29,404 nt of DNA from a virus (taxonomy: Duplodnaviria; Caudoviricetes). A program made the translations under genes and the position numbers. Numbering within the stretch: position 1 is the stretch's first letter; each line of letters starts with the position of its first letter. The notes under the pieces were generated by a model. That model made no database searches and had not been told where the DNA came from. It saw only the letters and a program-made list of their open reading frames with translations. Location: IMG/VR virus record IMGVR_UViG_3300020044_001984, positions 1 through 29,404 of that record; one strand, 5' to 3'. Of this stretch, positions 6,864 to 15,344 are shown in pieces.

Positions 6864-7434
6864 ACTTCCAGTTAGGGAATCTATCGCGCAATCGCCCGGC
6901 ATAGTCCTCTAGTTCTGGCGCATTGTTGGCAAGATAGTTATCGACGCGCATGTCATGGTTGCCGATTGTCCAGTGAGTATGCTTTGCCAGAGGAAGCATC
7001 TTCAGCCAAGCATGGCAAGCGTCGATCTCGGCAGATACCTTTGGTGCTTTCGATCCTAGCACACCAGCATGGCGGCTAACCCTAGCACCGTCGAGCATAT
7101 CTCCGTTCAGAACTATGCACTCAGGGCGCACCTTCTTGGCTACAGCACAGAAGGCTTTCCACATGGTCGATACAGGACCGGGCCATATGTGGGCATCGCC
7201 ACCAATAAGAGCAGTCTTGCCAGCCATATCGACTTGGATGATCTTAGGGTAAGTCCATTCAATCTTGGGTTGAAACTCATCAACCGAGAACTTGGTCTTT
7301 GCTCTCTGAAGGCGCGACCGAAATGTTTCTTTCGGAATACCGTTGAGCCTAGCGGCAAGTGCAAAGTTCTGACCGCAGTCCACATACTGCTGCATGGTTT
7401 CCCGCAACAGGGAATCAGGCATTTGGTTTCCCAT
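6514..7434 (-). CDS. Calcineurin-like metallophosphoesterase with N-terminal HTH-like segment
   Basis: GDAH, NGDMLD, GNHD, H and NHTH motifs in canonical order; AARLNGIPKETFRSRL HTH-like N-terminus. Confidence 0.88.
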   Translation of the reverse strand: MGNQMPDSLLRETMQQYVDCGQNFALAARLNGIPKETFRSRLQRAKTKFSVDEFQPKIEWTYPKIIQVDMAGKTALIGGDAHIWPGPVSTMWKAFCAVAKKVRPECIVLNGDMLDGARVSRHAGVLGSKAPKVSAEIDACHAWLKMLPLAKHTHWTIGNHDMRVDNYLANNAPELEDYAGRLRDRFPNWKFSYSVMLNDVEVRHRFRGGIHATWNNALHAGLTIVTNHTHQLQVYAVRNRNGSHWGIETGMLGDPQSPAFEYTEGAPSRAVEGFVLLTFDEEGHLLPPEFCEMVRGRPVFRGQYLT

Positions 7435-8039
7435 TAGAGTTTGAACCTCTGATATGCTGTTTCCAGTTTGGTATCATAATGGTTGGTTGCATAACCTGGT
7501 CCATTATATCCCTTAGCAAACGTAGCCCAGTCCTTGGCGCGAAGAGCATCGAGCAGATTGGCTGACTTGATGAAGTTTACCATGTGCATCAGTTGATTCG
7601 CTTCCGAGTGCATGGCTTCCTCAACCATGTCATCGACAGACTTGCAGCCAACCATTGAGTAGTTGCTACCCATCACCTGACCGAGACCCCATGAGGTGGA
7701 CAATAGAGCCTCTTCAGGGGCCATCTCGTAAGCAGCCTCAATCTCTGCGTAGACTGCATCCGACCCCTTTGGATAAGGCTTAGTTCCCCATTTAGGATAT
7801 GCCAGTCCAGCCTCGGCAGCGACAGCCAGCACATCTAGCTTCTTGCGCTTGGTCAGCCACTTGTAGAAGTGATGCCGTTCGAACAATGCCTTGGGTCTAC
7901 CAGATGCATCGTATCCATTCCCGGCAGACTCGACAGCCATGACAGCACGAAGCACTGCGCCTTCGAGATCATACTTATGCGCGATAACAGGGATCTCTTC
8001 AGGTGGAAGTGAGAGTGCCTCGCCGTGAAAGCCGTTCAT
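7434..8039 (-). CDS. Endolysin, N-acetylmuramidase (DUF3380 family)
   Basis: AVMAVESAG, LFERH.F, STSWGLGQVMG.N, FAKGYNGPGY..N.YD.KL. Confidence 0.92.
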   Translation of the reverse strand: MNGFHGEALSLPPEEIPVIAHKYDLEGAVLRAVMAVESAGNGYDASGRPKALFERHHFYKWLTKRKKLDVLAVAAEAGLAYPKWGTKPYPKGSDAVYAEIEAAYEMAPEEALLSTSWGLGQVMGSNYSMVGCKSVDDMVEEAMHSEANQLMHMVNFIKSANLLDALRAKDWATFAKGYNGPGYATNHYDTKLETAYQRFKL

Positions 8040-8560
8040 TTGTTAAGATCCTTTACAGTAAGCGCATCTGTCTTTTGCTTCGAACCAGCGGATGAACCAA
8101 AATAGAATTGCATTACACCAGTCCATGCAGTGCCTAATGCACCCAGCATGTAAATCAGAGTTTCACTTCCAGATGGCGGTGCGCCGCGAACAAGAAGCCA
8201 GAACAAGATGCCAAAGAATCCAATGGTCACAATGATGGTCAAGATCTTTGGGAGCCAGTCCTTGGTTTCCATCTGCATCTTACGAGCAGAGTCTCGATCA
8301 AGAGCAGAGATCTTCTCAAGATCAATATCAAGTTCCTTCATTTTGAGTTTGAAGGATGCGTCTGTTTCTTTCAGCTTCTGCAATTGCTCTGGCGTTGCGC
8401 TCATTAGAGCGGCTTGGACTTCTGATTCGCTTGCATCTTGGTGACCAAACATCGCTTCTGATAGGGTCTTCACTGCCAATCCAGCGAGAGGGCCACCAAG
8501 AGCAGTCGCTACCGTAGGAGCCAATTGAGCCAAAAGGCCACCGATCTTTGAGAGATCCAT
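8036..8560 (-). CDS. Holin-like membrane protein (3TM/GTA-holin-like)
   Basis: APTVATALGGPLAG N-terminus, DRDSARKM, two C-terminal TM segments, FYFGSS.GS; directly upstream of the endolysin. Confidence 0.7.
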   Translation of the reverse strand: MDLSKIGGLLAQLAPTVATALGGPLAGLAVKTLSEAMFGHQDASESEVQAALMSATPEQLQKLKETDASFKLKMKELDIDLEKISALDRDSARKMQMETKDWLPKILTIIVTIGFFGILFWLLVRGAPPSGSETLIYMLGALGTAWTGVMQFYFGSSAGSKQKTDALTVKDLNK

Positions 8561-8570
8561 TCATCAATCC

Positions 8571-9029
8571 TCACACAAGGTTATAGTGAATAGCAAACCA
8601 TAACGCCCAACATACCATCGCAAGCAAGATCAACGCGAGAGCAATAGTAAATCCTACTTCGATCATATACTCTATTCGTTCTGCGCGTTCAATTGCAGCG
8701 ATCTTCATCTCTTTTCTGATACGCACGACATCACGCTGGATCTGTTCCCAAGCGCGTACACCATAGACTTGAACTATTTGTGACTTAACTTCACGCTCAA
8801 TCTGCTCTGCTTCCATCTTGGCAGCGAAGGCTTGCATAGCCTGGGCCTCAGCAGATCCACCTTTACGCCAACCTTTAGGCTGCGCTGCTATCTGGGTGAG
8901 GTGAGCCACCCCATTCATGATGTCGGAAAGTTCTTTGGCTACCGAGACAAGTTCCTTGCCTACGCCAATCGCAGTCTTAACAGTGGCAGCAGTTGCCTTG
9001 ATTGTAGCTAAGACTGTTAACGGGTCCAT
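8571..9029 (-). CDS. Hypothetical protein with C-terminal TM (lysis region)
   Basis: MDPLT N-terminus, coiled coil, C-terminal hydrophobic helix. Confidence 0.7.
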   Translation of the reverse strand: MDPLTVLATIKATAATVKTAIGVGKELVSVAKELSDIMNGVAHLTQIAAQPKGWRKGGSAEAQAMQAFAAKMEAEQIEREVKSQIVQVYGVRAWEQIQRDVVRIRKEMKIAAIERAERIEYMIEVGFTIALALILLAMVCWALWFAIHYNLV

Positions 9030-9032
9030 TCA

Positions 9033-9209
9033 TTACTCGCCTCTAGCTTCCTTGATGGCAAGATAGATACGGATAATCAAAAGCACGAGGCCACCAGCAT
9101 AGGTCGCCAGTTGCAGATACTCATGCATATGGATGACCCACAAGGGCATAGTAATAGCACCTGAGGCTACCGCTGAGTCTATGATCACTCGTGTATCATC
9201 ATGTGTCAT
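9033..9209 (-). CDS. Small membrane protein, possible holin/antiholin (58 aa; not in the track)
   Basis: MTHDDTRVIIDSAVASGAITMPLWVIHMHEYLQLATYAGGLVLLIIRIYLAIKEARGE; exactly fills the gap between flanking genes. Confidence 0.65.
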   Translation of the reverse strand: MTHDDTRVIIDSAVASGAITMPLWVIHMHEYLQLATYAGGLVLLIIRIYLAIKEARGE

Positions 9210-9212
9210 GGC

Positions 9213-9887
9213 TTACTCATATTGAATGTTAATTGTACCAGCATCGAAGGTGTCGCCAGCAACTGTAGTAATCCGCAAACGATCCAATGCGCCACCAAGA
9301 GCGACAGACCCGCCACCAACAGCCACATAAGTAGCCCCAGCAGAATAACCTATAGCACTACTGCTAACCCATGTATTACCAGTTACAAGGTTAATTTGCA
9401 TAGAGCCATTACGAACTGAAGTTGCAGTCAAATTTGAATTAGTTGATTCTAAAGGAAAACCAGTTGTATTATTGATGGCCTGCAATCCAGCAGATGATGT
9501 AACCATAGCACCAGCGGCGTAACCAGTTGTTGTAAACGTGATTGATCCAATTTGTACTTGGATATTGCTTACACCATTTGTAGAAACTCCAGAAAAATTG
9601 ATGGTAATGCGCTTTACCCAAGACGGGATTCCCGTGAAATCAATGCTAGTTCCACTGGTTGATGCTTGTGCAGTTCCTTGAACAACAGGATACAACGCAC
9701 CAGTTGCGCCTGTTACAAGACCAGAAGCGGTGACTGTTCCAGCAGTGATGTTTCCCAATGAGCCTGTAAACGTGCTAGTTCCAGTCACAGTCAGATTGTT
9801 ACCGACCGTTGCATTGCCGCTGGTATCAAGCGTCAGATTGACTGTCGCCGATGATGGATTCTGAATAGTGTCAACCTTGAGGCCCAT
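9213..9887 (-). CDS. Tail fibre / receptor-binding cassette protein, paralog 3
   Basis: G/S/T-rich; STSGTSIDFTGIPSWVKRI...LDRLRITT...DTFDAGTINIQYE shared with the other two paralogs. Confidence 0.7.
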   Translation of the reverse strand: MGLKVDTIQNPSSATVNLTLDTSGNATVGNNLTVTGTSTFTGSLGNITAGTVTASGLVTGATGALYPVVQGTAQASTSGTSIDFTGIPSWVKRITINFSGVSTNGVSNIQVQIGSITFTTTGYAAGAMVTSSAGLQAINNTTGFPLESTNSNLTATSVRNGSMQINLVTGNTWVSSSAIGYSAGATYVAVGGGSVALGGALDRLRITTVAGDTFDAGTINIQYE

Positions 9888-9898
9888 GATAGAATCCC

Positions 9899-10546
9899 TT
9901 ATTCGTACATAATGTTGATTGAACCAGCGTCAAATGTGTCTGTACCGTTGACAGTGGTAATCCGAACACGGTCGAGAACTGCACCAAGCGTCACACCACC
10001 AGTAGACGGCGTTACCGATAGGGAGGAAGTCATCTGTAATATGCCTTGACTAACCCACACATTACTACCCAAAGTGGCTATTGTAATAAGACCATACCGA
10101 GTATTGGTGGCTGCAACGGCCTGATCAACAACAAGACCAGTTGTCGATGTTGCACCAGTTCCTGAATTATATGAAAAAGAAGCCGACGAATAGCCAGTTG
10201 TTGTAGGCCCAGATGAAGTTCCAAGTTGGATTTGGACAACAGATGTTCCGTTAGTTGAAACACCGCTAAACATCACAATAATTCGCTTTGCCCAAGATGG
10301 AATTCCAGTAAAATCAATGCTGGTACCACTGGTAGATGCAACAGCAGTGCCAGATACAATAGGATACAATGCGCCAGTTGTTCCAGTGACAAGACCAGAA
10401 CTGGTGATTGCGCCGCTGTTAATAGTTCCAGCCGTGATGTTTCCAATCGACCCAGTAAGCGTGGATGTTCCAGTAACACTAAGGTTACCAGTGTCCGTTA
10501 CGCCGGGGGCTGTGATGCCAGTAGTTCCGTCTAGCGTGATTGGCAT
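9899..10546 (-). CDS. Tail fibre / receptor-binding cassette protein, paralog 2
   Basis: Same C-terminal domain (GIPSWAKRI...DTFDAGSINIMYE). Confidence 0.7.
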   Translation of the reverse strand: MPITLDGTTGITAPGVTDTGNLSVTGTSTLTGSIGNITAGTINSGAITSSGLVTGTTGALYPIVSGTAVASTSGTSIDFTGIPSWAKRIIVMFSGVSTNGTSVVQIQLGTSSGPTTTGYSSASFSYNSGTGATSTTGLVVDQAVAATNTRYGLITIATLGSNVWVSQGILQMTSSLSVTPSTGGVTLGAVLDRVRITTVNGTDTFDAGSINIMYE

Positions 10547-10692
10547 TATGCACCTATCTCAGTTTGAGTATCAGCCGTCTGTTGTTCAGCAAGCCATGCA
10601 GCATATTGTGCTTCAGCCGCAGCAACTTCTTCAGCAGTCAACTGAATGATCTGGACTTCACCTGTTTGGCAATTAACTTCAATGCGTTCCAT
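10546..10692 (-). CDS. Small acidic protein, possible fibre assembly partner (48 aa; not in the track)
   Basis: MERIEVNCQTGEVQIIQLTAEEVAAAEAQYAAWLAEQQTADTQTEIGA; AGGTG RBS; TAATG coupling to the next gene. Confidence 0.7.
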   Translation of the reverse strand: MERIEVNCQTGEVQIIQLTAEEVAAAEAQYAAWLAEQQTADTQTEIGA

Positions 10693-10700
10693 GCGTCACC

Positions 10701-11381
10701 TTATTCGTACATGATGTTGATGGAGCCAGCGTCAAAGGTGTCTGTGCCGTTAACTGTAGTTAAAACGACACGGTCCAATGCACCACTAAGAGTAGGAGAA
10801 GAACCACCTCCTCCGTTAAAAGTTGTAGTCCCTTGTGTTCCAGACCAACTAAAAACCCAAATATTTGACCCCAATAAAGTTATTGTTACGATACCGCTAT
10901 AAGCACTTGAAAGTGACGATGAACCAGATAGCGTCATACCAGAAGTTGCAGCAGCTACAGAAGAAGCCGCACCATTGCTTGCATATCCTGCGCTGCACGA
11001 ATAACCGCTAGTAGATACAGAACCTGCACCAATTTGAATTTGTGGAATAGATGATCCGTTTGTGGATACCCCATTTAACATTACAGTAATACGTTTTACC
11101 CAAGAAGGGATAGACGAAAACGTAATGCTTGTCCCGCTGGTAGATGCAACAGCAGTTACAGACGTAAGAACGCTGCTTGCCATTGTAGAAACCACTGCGC
11201 CAGATATAGTCGGGCTAGTCACAGTTGGGCTAGTCAGCGTCTTATTGGTAAGCGTCTGAGAAGATACCAGATCAACCAGTGTGGAGTTGCCAGATGGGAG
11301 CGTGAGCGTATTGCTTGATGCAACAGCAGCAGCATCAATCTGCGTATAACCTGAAGTGGATCCGTTGAGTTTGATCGGCAT
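10701..11381 (-). CDS. Tail fibre / receptor-binding cassette protein, paralog 1
   Basis: IKLNGSTSGY...TLTLP...QTLTNKTLTSPT N-terminus plus the shared C-terminal domain. Confidence 0.7.
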   Translation of the reverse strand: MPIKLNGSTSGYTQIDAAAVASSNTLTLPSGNSTLVDLVSSQTLTNKTLTSPTVTSPTISGAVVSTMASSVLTSVTAVASTSGTSITFSSIPSWVKRITVMLNGVSTNGSSIPQIQIGAGSVSTSGYSCSAGYASNGAASSVAAATSGMTLSGSSSLSSAYSGIVTITLLGSNIWVFSWSGTQGTTTFNGGGGSSPTLSGALDRVVLTTVNGTDTFDAGSINIMYE

Positions 11382-11390
11382 GTCTTATCC

Positions 11391-12740
11391 TTACACAATG
11401 GACCAAGTTGAACCAGATGGAACGGTAACAGTTGCGCCGCCATTAACGGAAACTGGTCCAAATGTTCCAGCGTTCTGACCAGATGGGATGCTGTAGTTTG
11501 CCGTCACTGTCTGGCTATTCAAATAGAAAACCTGATCAGTGCTGCCACCAGTTGCACCGCCACCAACAGAAGCCCAAGCTGTTCCATTGTAGCCTTCAAA
11601 TGCAACTGTCGTAGTGTTGAACCGCAAGTGACCAGTTACAGGAGATGGGCGATTAGCAGTTGTGCTTGCTGGCAACAATGCAGCACCAGTTGCAGATGTC
11701 TGGCTGACAAATCCAGATGAAGATACATAAGCAGCAACCCATGCCGAGCCTGTGTAGATCTTCATGATTCCGTTTGTCGTATCAAAATAAAGAGAGCCGC
11801 CGACAAGGGCATTGCCATCATTGTCAACAGACGGATCACTTGTTTTCGCACCGAGGTAGCGATCATCAAAGCTGTCATAAGCAGCCAGCGTTGCATCTCT
11901 TGCAGACTCAGCAGCGGACTGTGCAGAAGCGGCAGAACTAGCTGATCCAGAAGCCGCCGAAGCAGACGATGACGCACTAGATGCAGAAGAAGAGGCCGAC
12001 GAGGCACTAGATGCAGCAGCAGAGGCACTAGCAGCGGCAGCGGTTGCACTTGTCCCGGCAGCGGCAGCATCAACAATCAGATCCCATTTAGCACTGTCAG
12101 TGTTTGAACTGATTGGCTGAGATCCAGACGATGTGTGCTGGGTCTTACAGCGGTAGATGTTGCTGTTGCTCGTATCCTTAACAAGATCACGAACTGCGTA
12201 TAATGTTCCAGATGCCCAGTTGCCACGATAGTCACCGATTTCCTCGGTAGCCACTGGGTTACCATTGCTATCGAAGGCCAGCACATTGCCAGCGCGTTGA
12301 ACAGATGTAGGCAGGACCATGTTAAGAGTGCCGCCATCTTCCAGTGCTTCCAGATCATATACTGGAGCCTTGAGAGTGCGCTTGTTCTCTTCAGCAATCT
12401 GCTGGATCATAATGATCTGACCATCAAGCTGCTCGTTTAGAGATGCAGCGGCAAGATCACCAGCGGTAACAAAGTCTGTTGTGCGCTGAATGGTGCGAGA
12501 TCCGACAATGGTAATCTGGTCAGAGCCAGTCGCAGCTACTACCAGAGTAACGCTACCAGTGCCATTTGTGCTGTTAATTGATACAGTGTAATTAGTTGTA
12601 AGGGTCAGCTTGGTGTTGTTTTTATAGACAGCAATGTCTGTCTGACTGATGACTGGGAACGTAAATGCGTATGGCCCGACTCCAGCGGAACCAGAGTAGA
12701 CTTTGCGCCGTGTTACCGCTGTGATGTTATAGTCAGACAT
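11391..12740 (-). CDS. Tail fibre protein with T7 gp17-like N-terminal anchor
   Basis: PYAFTFPV...DIAVYKN...YTVS...LNEQLD..IMIQQ anchor; Ala/Ser stalk; FDDRYLGAK and RFNTTT..FEGY motifs. Confidence 0.85.
   Translation of the reverse strand: MSDYNITAVTRRKVYSGSAGVGPYAFTFPVISQTDIAVYKNNTKLTLTTNYTVSINSTNGTGSVTLVVAATGSDQITIVGSRTIQRTTDFVTAGDLAAASLNEQLDGQIIMIQQIAEENKRTLKAPVYDLEALEDGGTLNMVLPTSVQRAGNVLAFDSNGNPVATEEIGDYRGNWASGTLYAVRDLVKDTSNSNIYRCKTQHTSSGSQPISSNTDSAKWDLIVDAAAAGTSATAAAASASAAASSASSASSSASSASSSASAASGSASSAASAQSAAESARDATLAAYDSFDDRYLGAKTSDPSVDNDGNALVGGSLYFDTTNGIMKIYTGSAWVAAYVSSSGFVSQTSATGAALLPASTTANRPSPVTGHLRFNTTTVAFEGYNGTAWASVGGGATGGSTDQVFYLNSQTVTANYSIPSGQNAGTFGPVSVNGGATVTVPSGSTWSIV
11885..12070 (-). 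repeat. Ala/Ser low-complexity coding repeat (fibre stalk)
   Basis: AAAAGTSATAAAASASAAASSASSASSSASSASSSASAASGSASSAASAQSAAESA; roughly 7-residue periodicity. Confidence 0.75.
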
Positions 12741-12758
12741 TGAAGCACCTCATACCTT

Positions 12759-12787
12759 CTTATACAGCAAAGTGTTGTTTCGTTCAA
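12759..12787 (-). promoter_or_regulatory. Putative internal promoter for fibre/lysis genes
   Basis: Minus strand TTGAAC, 17 bp, TATAAG in the 52-bp gap; GAGGTG RBS follows. Confidence 0.55.
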
Positions 12788-12792
12788 ACTTG

Positions 12793-15342
12793 CTATCTTA
12801 CATACTGGCTTGGCGGAAAGAGAAACGATTTGCCCTGCTCTCGCTTTGCTATCTCTTCCATTCTAGATAGGTAACCAGGATTCATTGACTCTTGCAGACG
12901 ATAGGTAATCATATAGTCCAGTGCCATTCGAGTGTAGAACAGGTTGGCAAATGGCGTATTATTGATTATGACTTTATATGTGCTAGCAGCAAGTTTTTCA
13001 TCTTTTCCAGTTATAGCTTGAGACTTTGCCTTACCAAAAAGATCAAGAACGCTTTCTACTGTACCCGCTGTGGGGCCGAGCATTGAACTTAATGGAGTAT
13101 TGCCATAGCGATTCTTCATTTCTCCAAACATAAAGTCGCCGAGGATACCAGCACCACCGCCTTGCAGCATTGAGGCTTGCAACATCTTGGCATAATCAGC
13201 GGCAGATTCAGGCTTCTCAGTGTACCGACCACGCAGAAGATCTTTAGCATTGTAAGCAATATAACCAAACAATGTAGACCAAATAAACGATTGGGCTAGA
13301 CCCATCATCTCACCATTTCCGCTTTTAAGCGCGTCAATAAGCCCAGCAGATGGGTCAGCACCCCTGCCATATACTTCGCGGCCTAATACTTTTTGAACGT
13401 AGGCAACTGAGAATGATTTAAATTGAGTAACAAATCGCAACAACTCTCCTACTGGAGTGCCAGGTTGAGTGCCCTGATTTAAAATAGAACGTGTTCTTGC
13501 ATCTGGCTGAAGCACTGCAAAATCTGCACGGTCATGAAAGTATGCGCCAAACTGCGTTTTAATCTCATCTTTCAATTCATTGATGGCACGAGGCGAAACT
13601 TTGCCGCCAGCGTCTGTAATGTATTTTGCGAACATCTCGTCGGGAAGATCTTTAATAGCAGATGGCAAAAGATACTCTCGACCATCTACTGCTTTAGTCG
13701 CAGTTGACCTGATGATTTCCCAGCGACCAGCATCAATTCCATAAAGACTATAAACACGCTGCATATCAGAAGATAACTTTTCAAATGGAAGATCTTTTGA
13801 TAGAGCAGAAATGTGCGACATCATGCGGATAGTGGATGACCGCAGCGTATCAGTCCACCAAGTTAGCCCATTCAGTTTAAAAAAAACTTGTTGAAGTCTT
13901 GACATTGCCCCGGGAAGATTATCATCCCCAGCATATCGAGCACCTGACATTGCACCGCGCTGTGCATCTGTCCATACCCCAAGACCAGCGTCAACTATTG
14001 CAAAATCTTTGCCGCGTTGCCCAGATCCAAGACTAACAATTGATTCTGCGAGAGCGGCTGTTGGGCTATGACCTTGATATGCCATTTCAGACATAACGCT
14101 TGAAAGGTCAGTTATTGACGCAAAAACAGCAGCACCAAGTTTAGATGTTGTTTGTATAAATCTAGCTCCTGATCCAACATTAGCTAAAATGCCGTCAACA
14201 GGAATCCGCGATGTGCCATCAACCTCAGCAAAAACATTGTTAAGATAACCATTTCGCTTGGTAGCCTCTCGCAAAGAACGAAGTTTTTCGGGCTGGTCCT
14301 TTAGCGACATAGTAAGATATTCAACAATACGGTTAAAATTGTCGCTTGGGTTAGGGCCAAGTTTGCTCATCAAGCCAATATTCTGAGCAGCCGTGTTCAT
14401 TGAGTGCGTAACTGCATCAGCAATAGTTCCAACACCATACTCTCGGTGATAATCAAACCAGTTATCTGCGTCTTTAAAATGCAAAACGCGCTCTTGGCTA
14501 GCTTTCTTGGCAAGGTTTGCAGTGCCGCCTTTAAAGCCAGTGACTTCCTCTTTGTATTTGAGGTGAACGCCACTGACAAAGTTATCATAGATTTTGCCAA
14601 GGACTTCTTTTGGATCTGCCCCGTCCTCAAACGTACGAGCCATGTCCAGCTTTTCGATAATGCCACTGACCCAAGTGTCTTTGCCAGCCCGACGAATTTT
14701 GTCTGAACTATGTGACTGACGCACGATATAGCCGACTTGCTTGTCAACTGCGCCGCCATGATCATTGTATTTCATGCGGATTGTTTCCTGCCACTTGTTA
14801 ATGACTTCCGCAGTTTTCATGACTTCAGGCAATCCCTTGAATGGGGCAGCCGCTGGGTTATCAATTGTTTCTAGTGCACGGGAAATGTCACGATCAAACT
14901 CACCAGATGTGAGGATATGCAACGTTCCGGCATTGTCGAGATCTGCAATAAATCCACGGCCCCATTCTGTTAAAAGAGTATGCTGCCTTGCCGCAACACT
15001 ATCACGAGAGCCAAGTTTAACCGTATTGACACCAGTTAGAATAGACTCCAACCCCTTCTCTGGTGCATTAGCAAAATTTGTTTTGATGTATTCCAATGCT
15101 TCCGTGCGCTTGATAAACGAGATTGCAGCATTGCGCTTTTCGATCTTGGCAGCACGAATCATTTGCTTGGCAAGTTCGCTAGCCGCATCACGAATGGCGA
15201 CATCAACTGTATCAAGAGTGTTCTTGGCACGAGCAATCTTCTCGCGCTTCTGCACTTCCTCAAAGATCATCTCAGCTTCGTCATTGCTGAGTTTGCGTCC
15301 TACTGCTGTTTCAACTTCAAGCAGACAATCTGCAATAGCCAT
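12793..15342 (-). CDS. Large internal virion (DNA ejection) protein
   Basis: 849 aa, helical; FVTQFKSF and MLQGGGAGILGD...LGPT motifs; last gene before the fibre, as in BPP-1/epsilon15-type podoviruses. Confidence 0.75.
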   Translation of the reverse strand: MAIADCLLEVETAVGRKLSNDEAEMIFEEVQKREKIARAKNTLDTVDVAIRDAASELAKQMIRAAKIEKRNAAISFIKRTEALEYIKTNFANAPEKGLESILTGVNTVKLGSRDSVAARQHTLLTEWGRGFIADLDNAGTLHILTSGEFDRDISRALETIDNPAAAPFKGLPEVMKTAEVINKWQETIRMKYNDHGGAVDKQVGYIVRQSHSSDKIRRAGKDTWVSGIIEKLDMARTFEDGADPKEVLGKIYDNFVSGVHLKYKEEVTGFKGGTANLAKKASQERVLHFKDADNWFDYHREYGVGTIADAVTHSMNTAAQNIGLMSKLGPNPSDNFNRIVEYLTMSLKDQPEKLRSLREATKRNGYLNNVFAEVDGTSRIPVDGILANVGSGARFIQTTSKLGAAVFASITDLSSVMSEMAYQGHSPTAALAESIVSLGSGQRGKDFAIVDAGLGVWTDAQRGAMSGARYAGDDNLPGAMSRLQQVFFKLNGLTWWTDTLRSSTIRMMSHISALSKDLPFEKLSSDMQRVYSLYGIDAGRWEIIRSTATKAVDGREYLLPSAIKDLPDEMFAKYITDAGGKVSPRAINELKDEIKTQFGAYFHDRADFAVLQPDARTRSILNQGTQPGTPVGELLRFVTQFKSFSVAYVQKVLGREVYGRGADPSAGLIDALKSGNGEMMGLAQSFIWSTLFGYIAYNAKDLLRGRYTEKPESAADYAKMLQASMLQGGGAGILGDFMFGEMKNRYGNTPLSSMLGPTAGTVESVLDLFGKAKSQAITGKDEKLAASTYKVIINNTPFANLFYTRMALDYMITYRLQESMNPGYLSRMEEIAKREQGKSFLFPPSQYVR

Positions 15343-15344
15343 TG

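Noticed and set aside
9213-12740. Diversity-generating retroelement (BPP-1-like virion with repeated fibre 3' ends)
   Set aside because: No reverse transcriptase or Avd in the window. The repeats are all coding and differ mostly at synonymous positions, not specifically at adenines.
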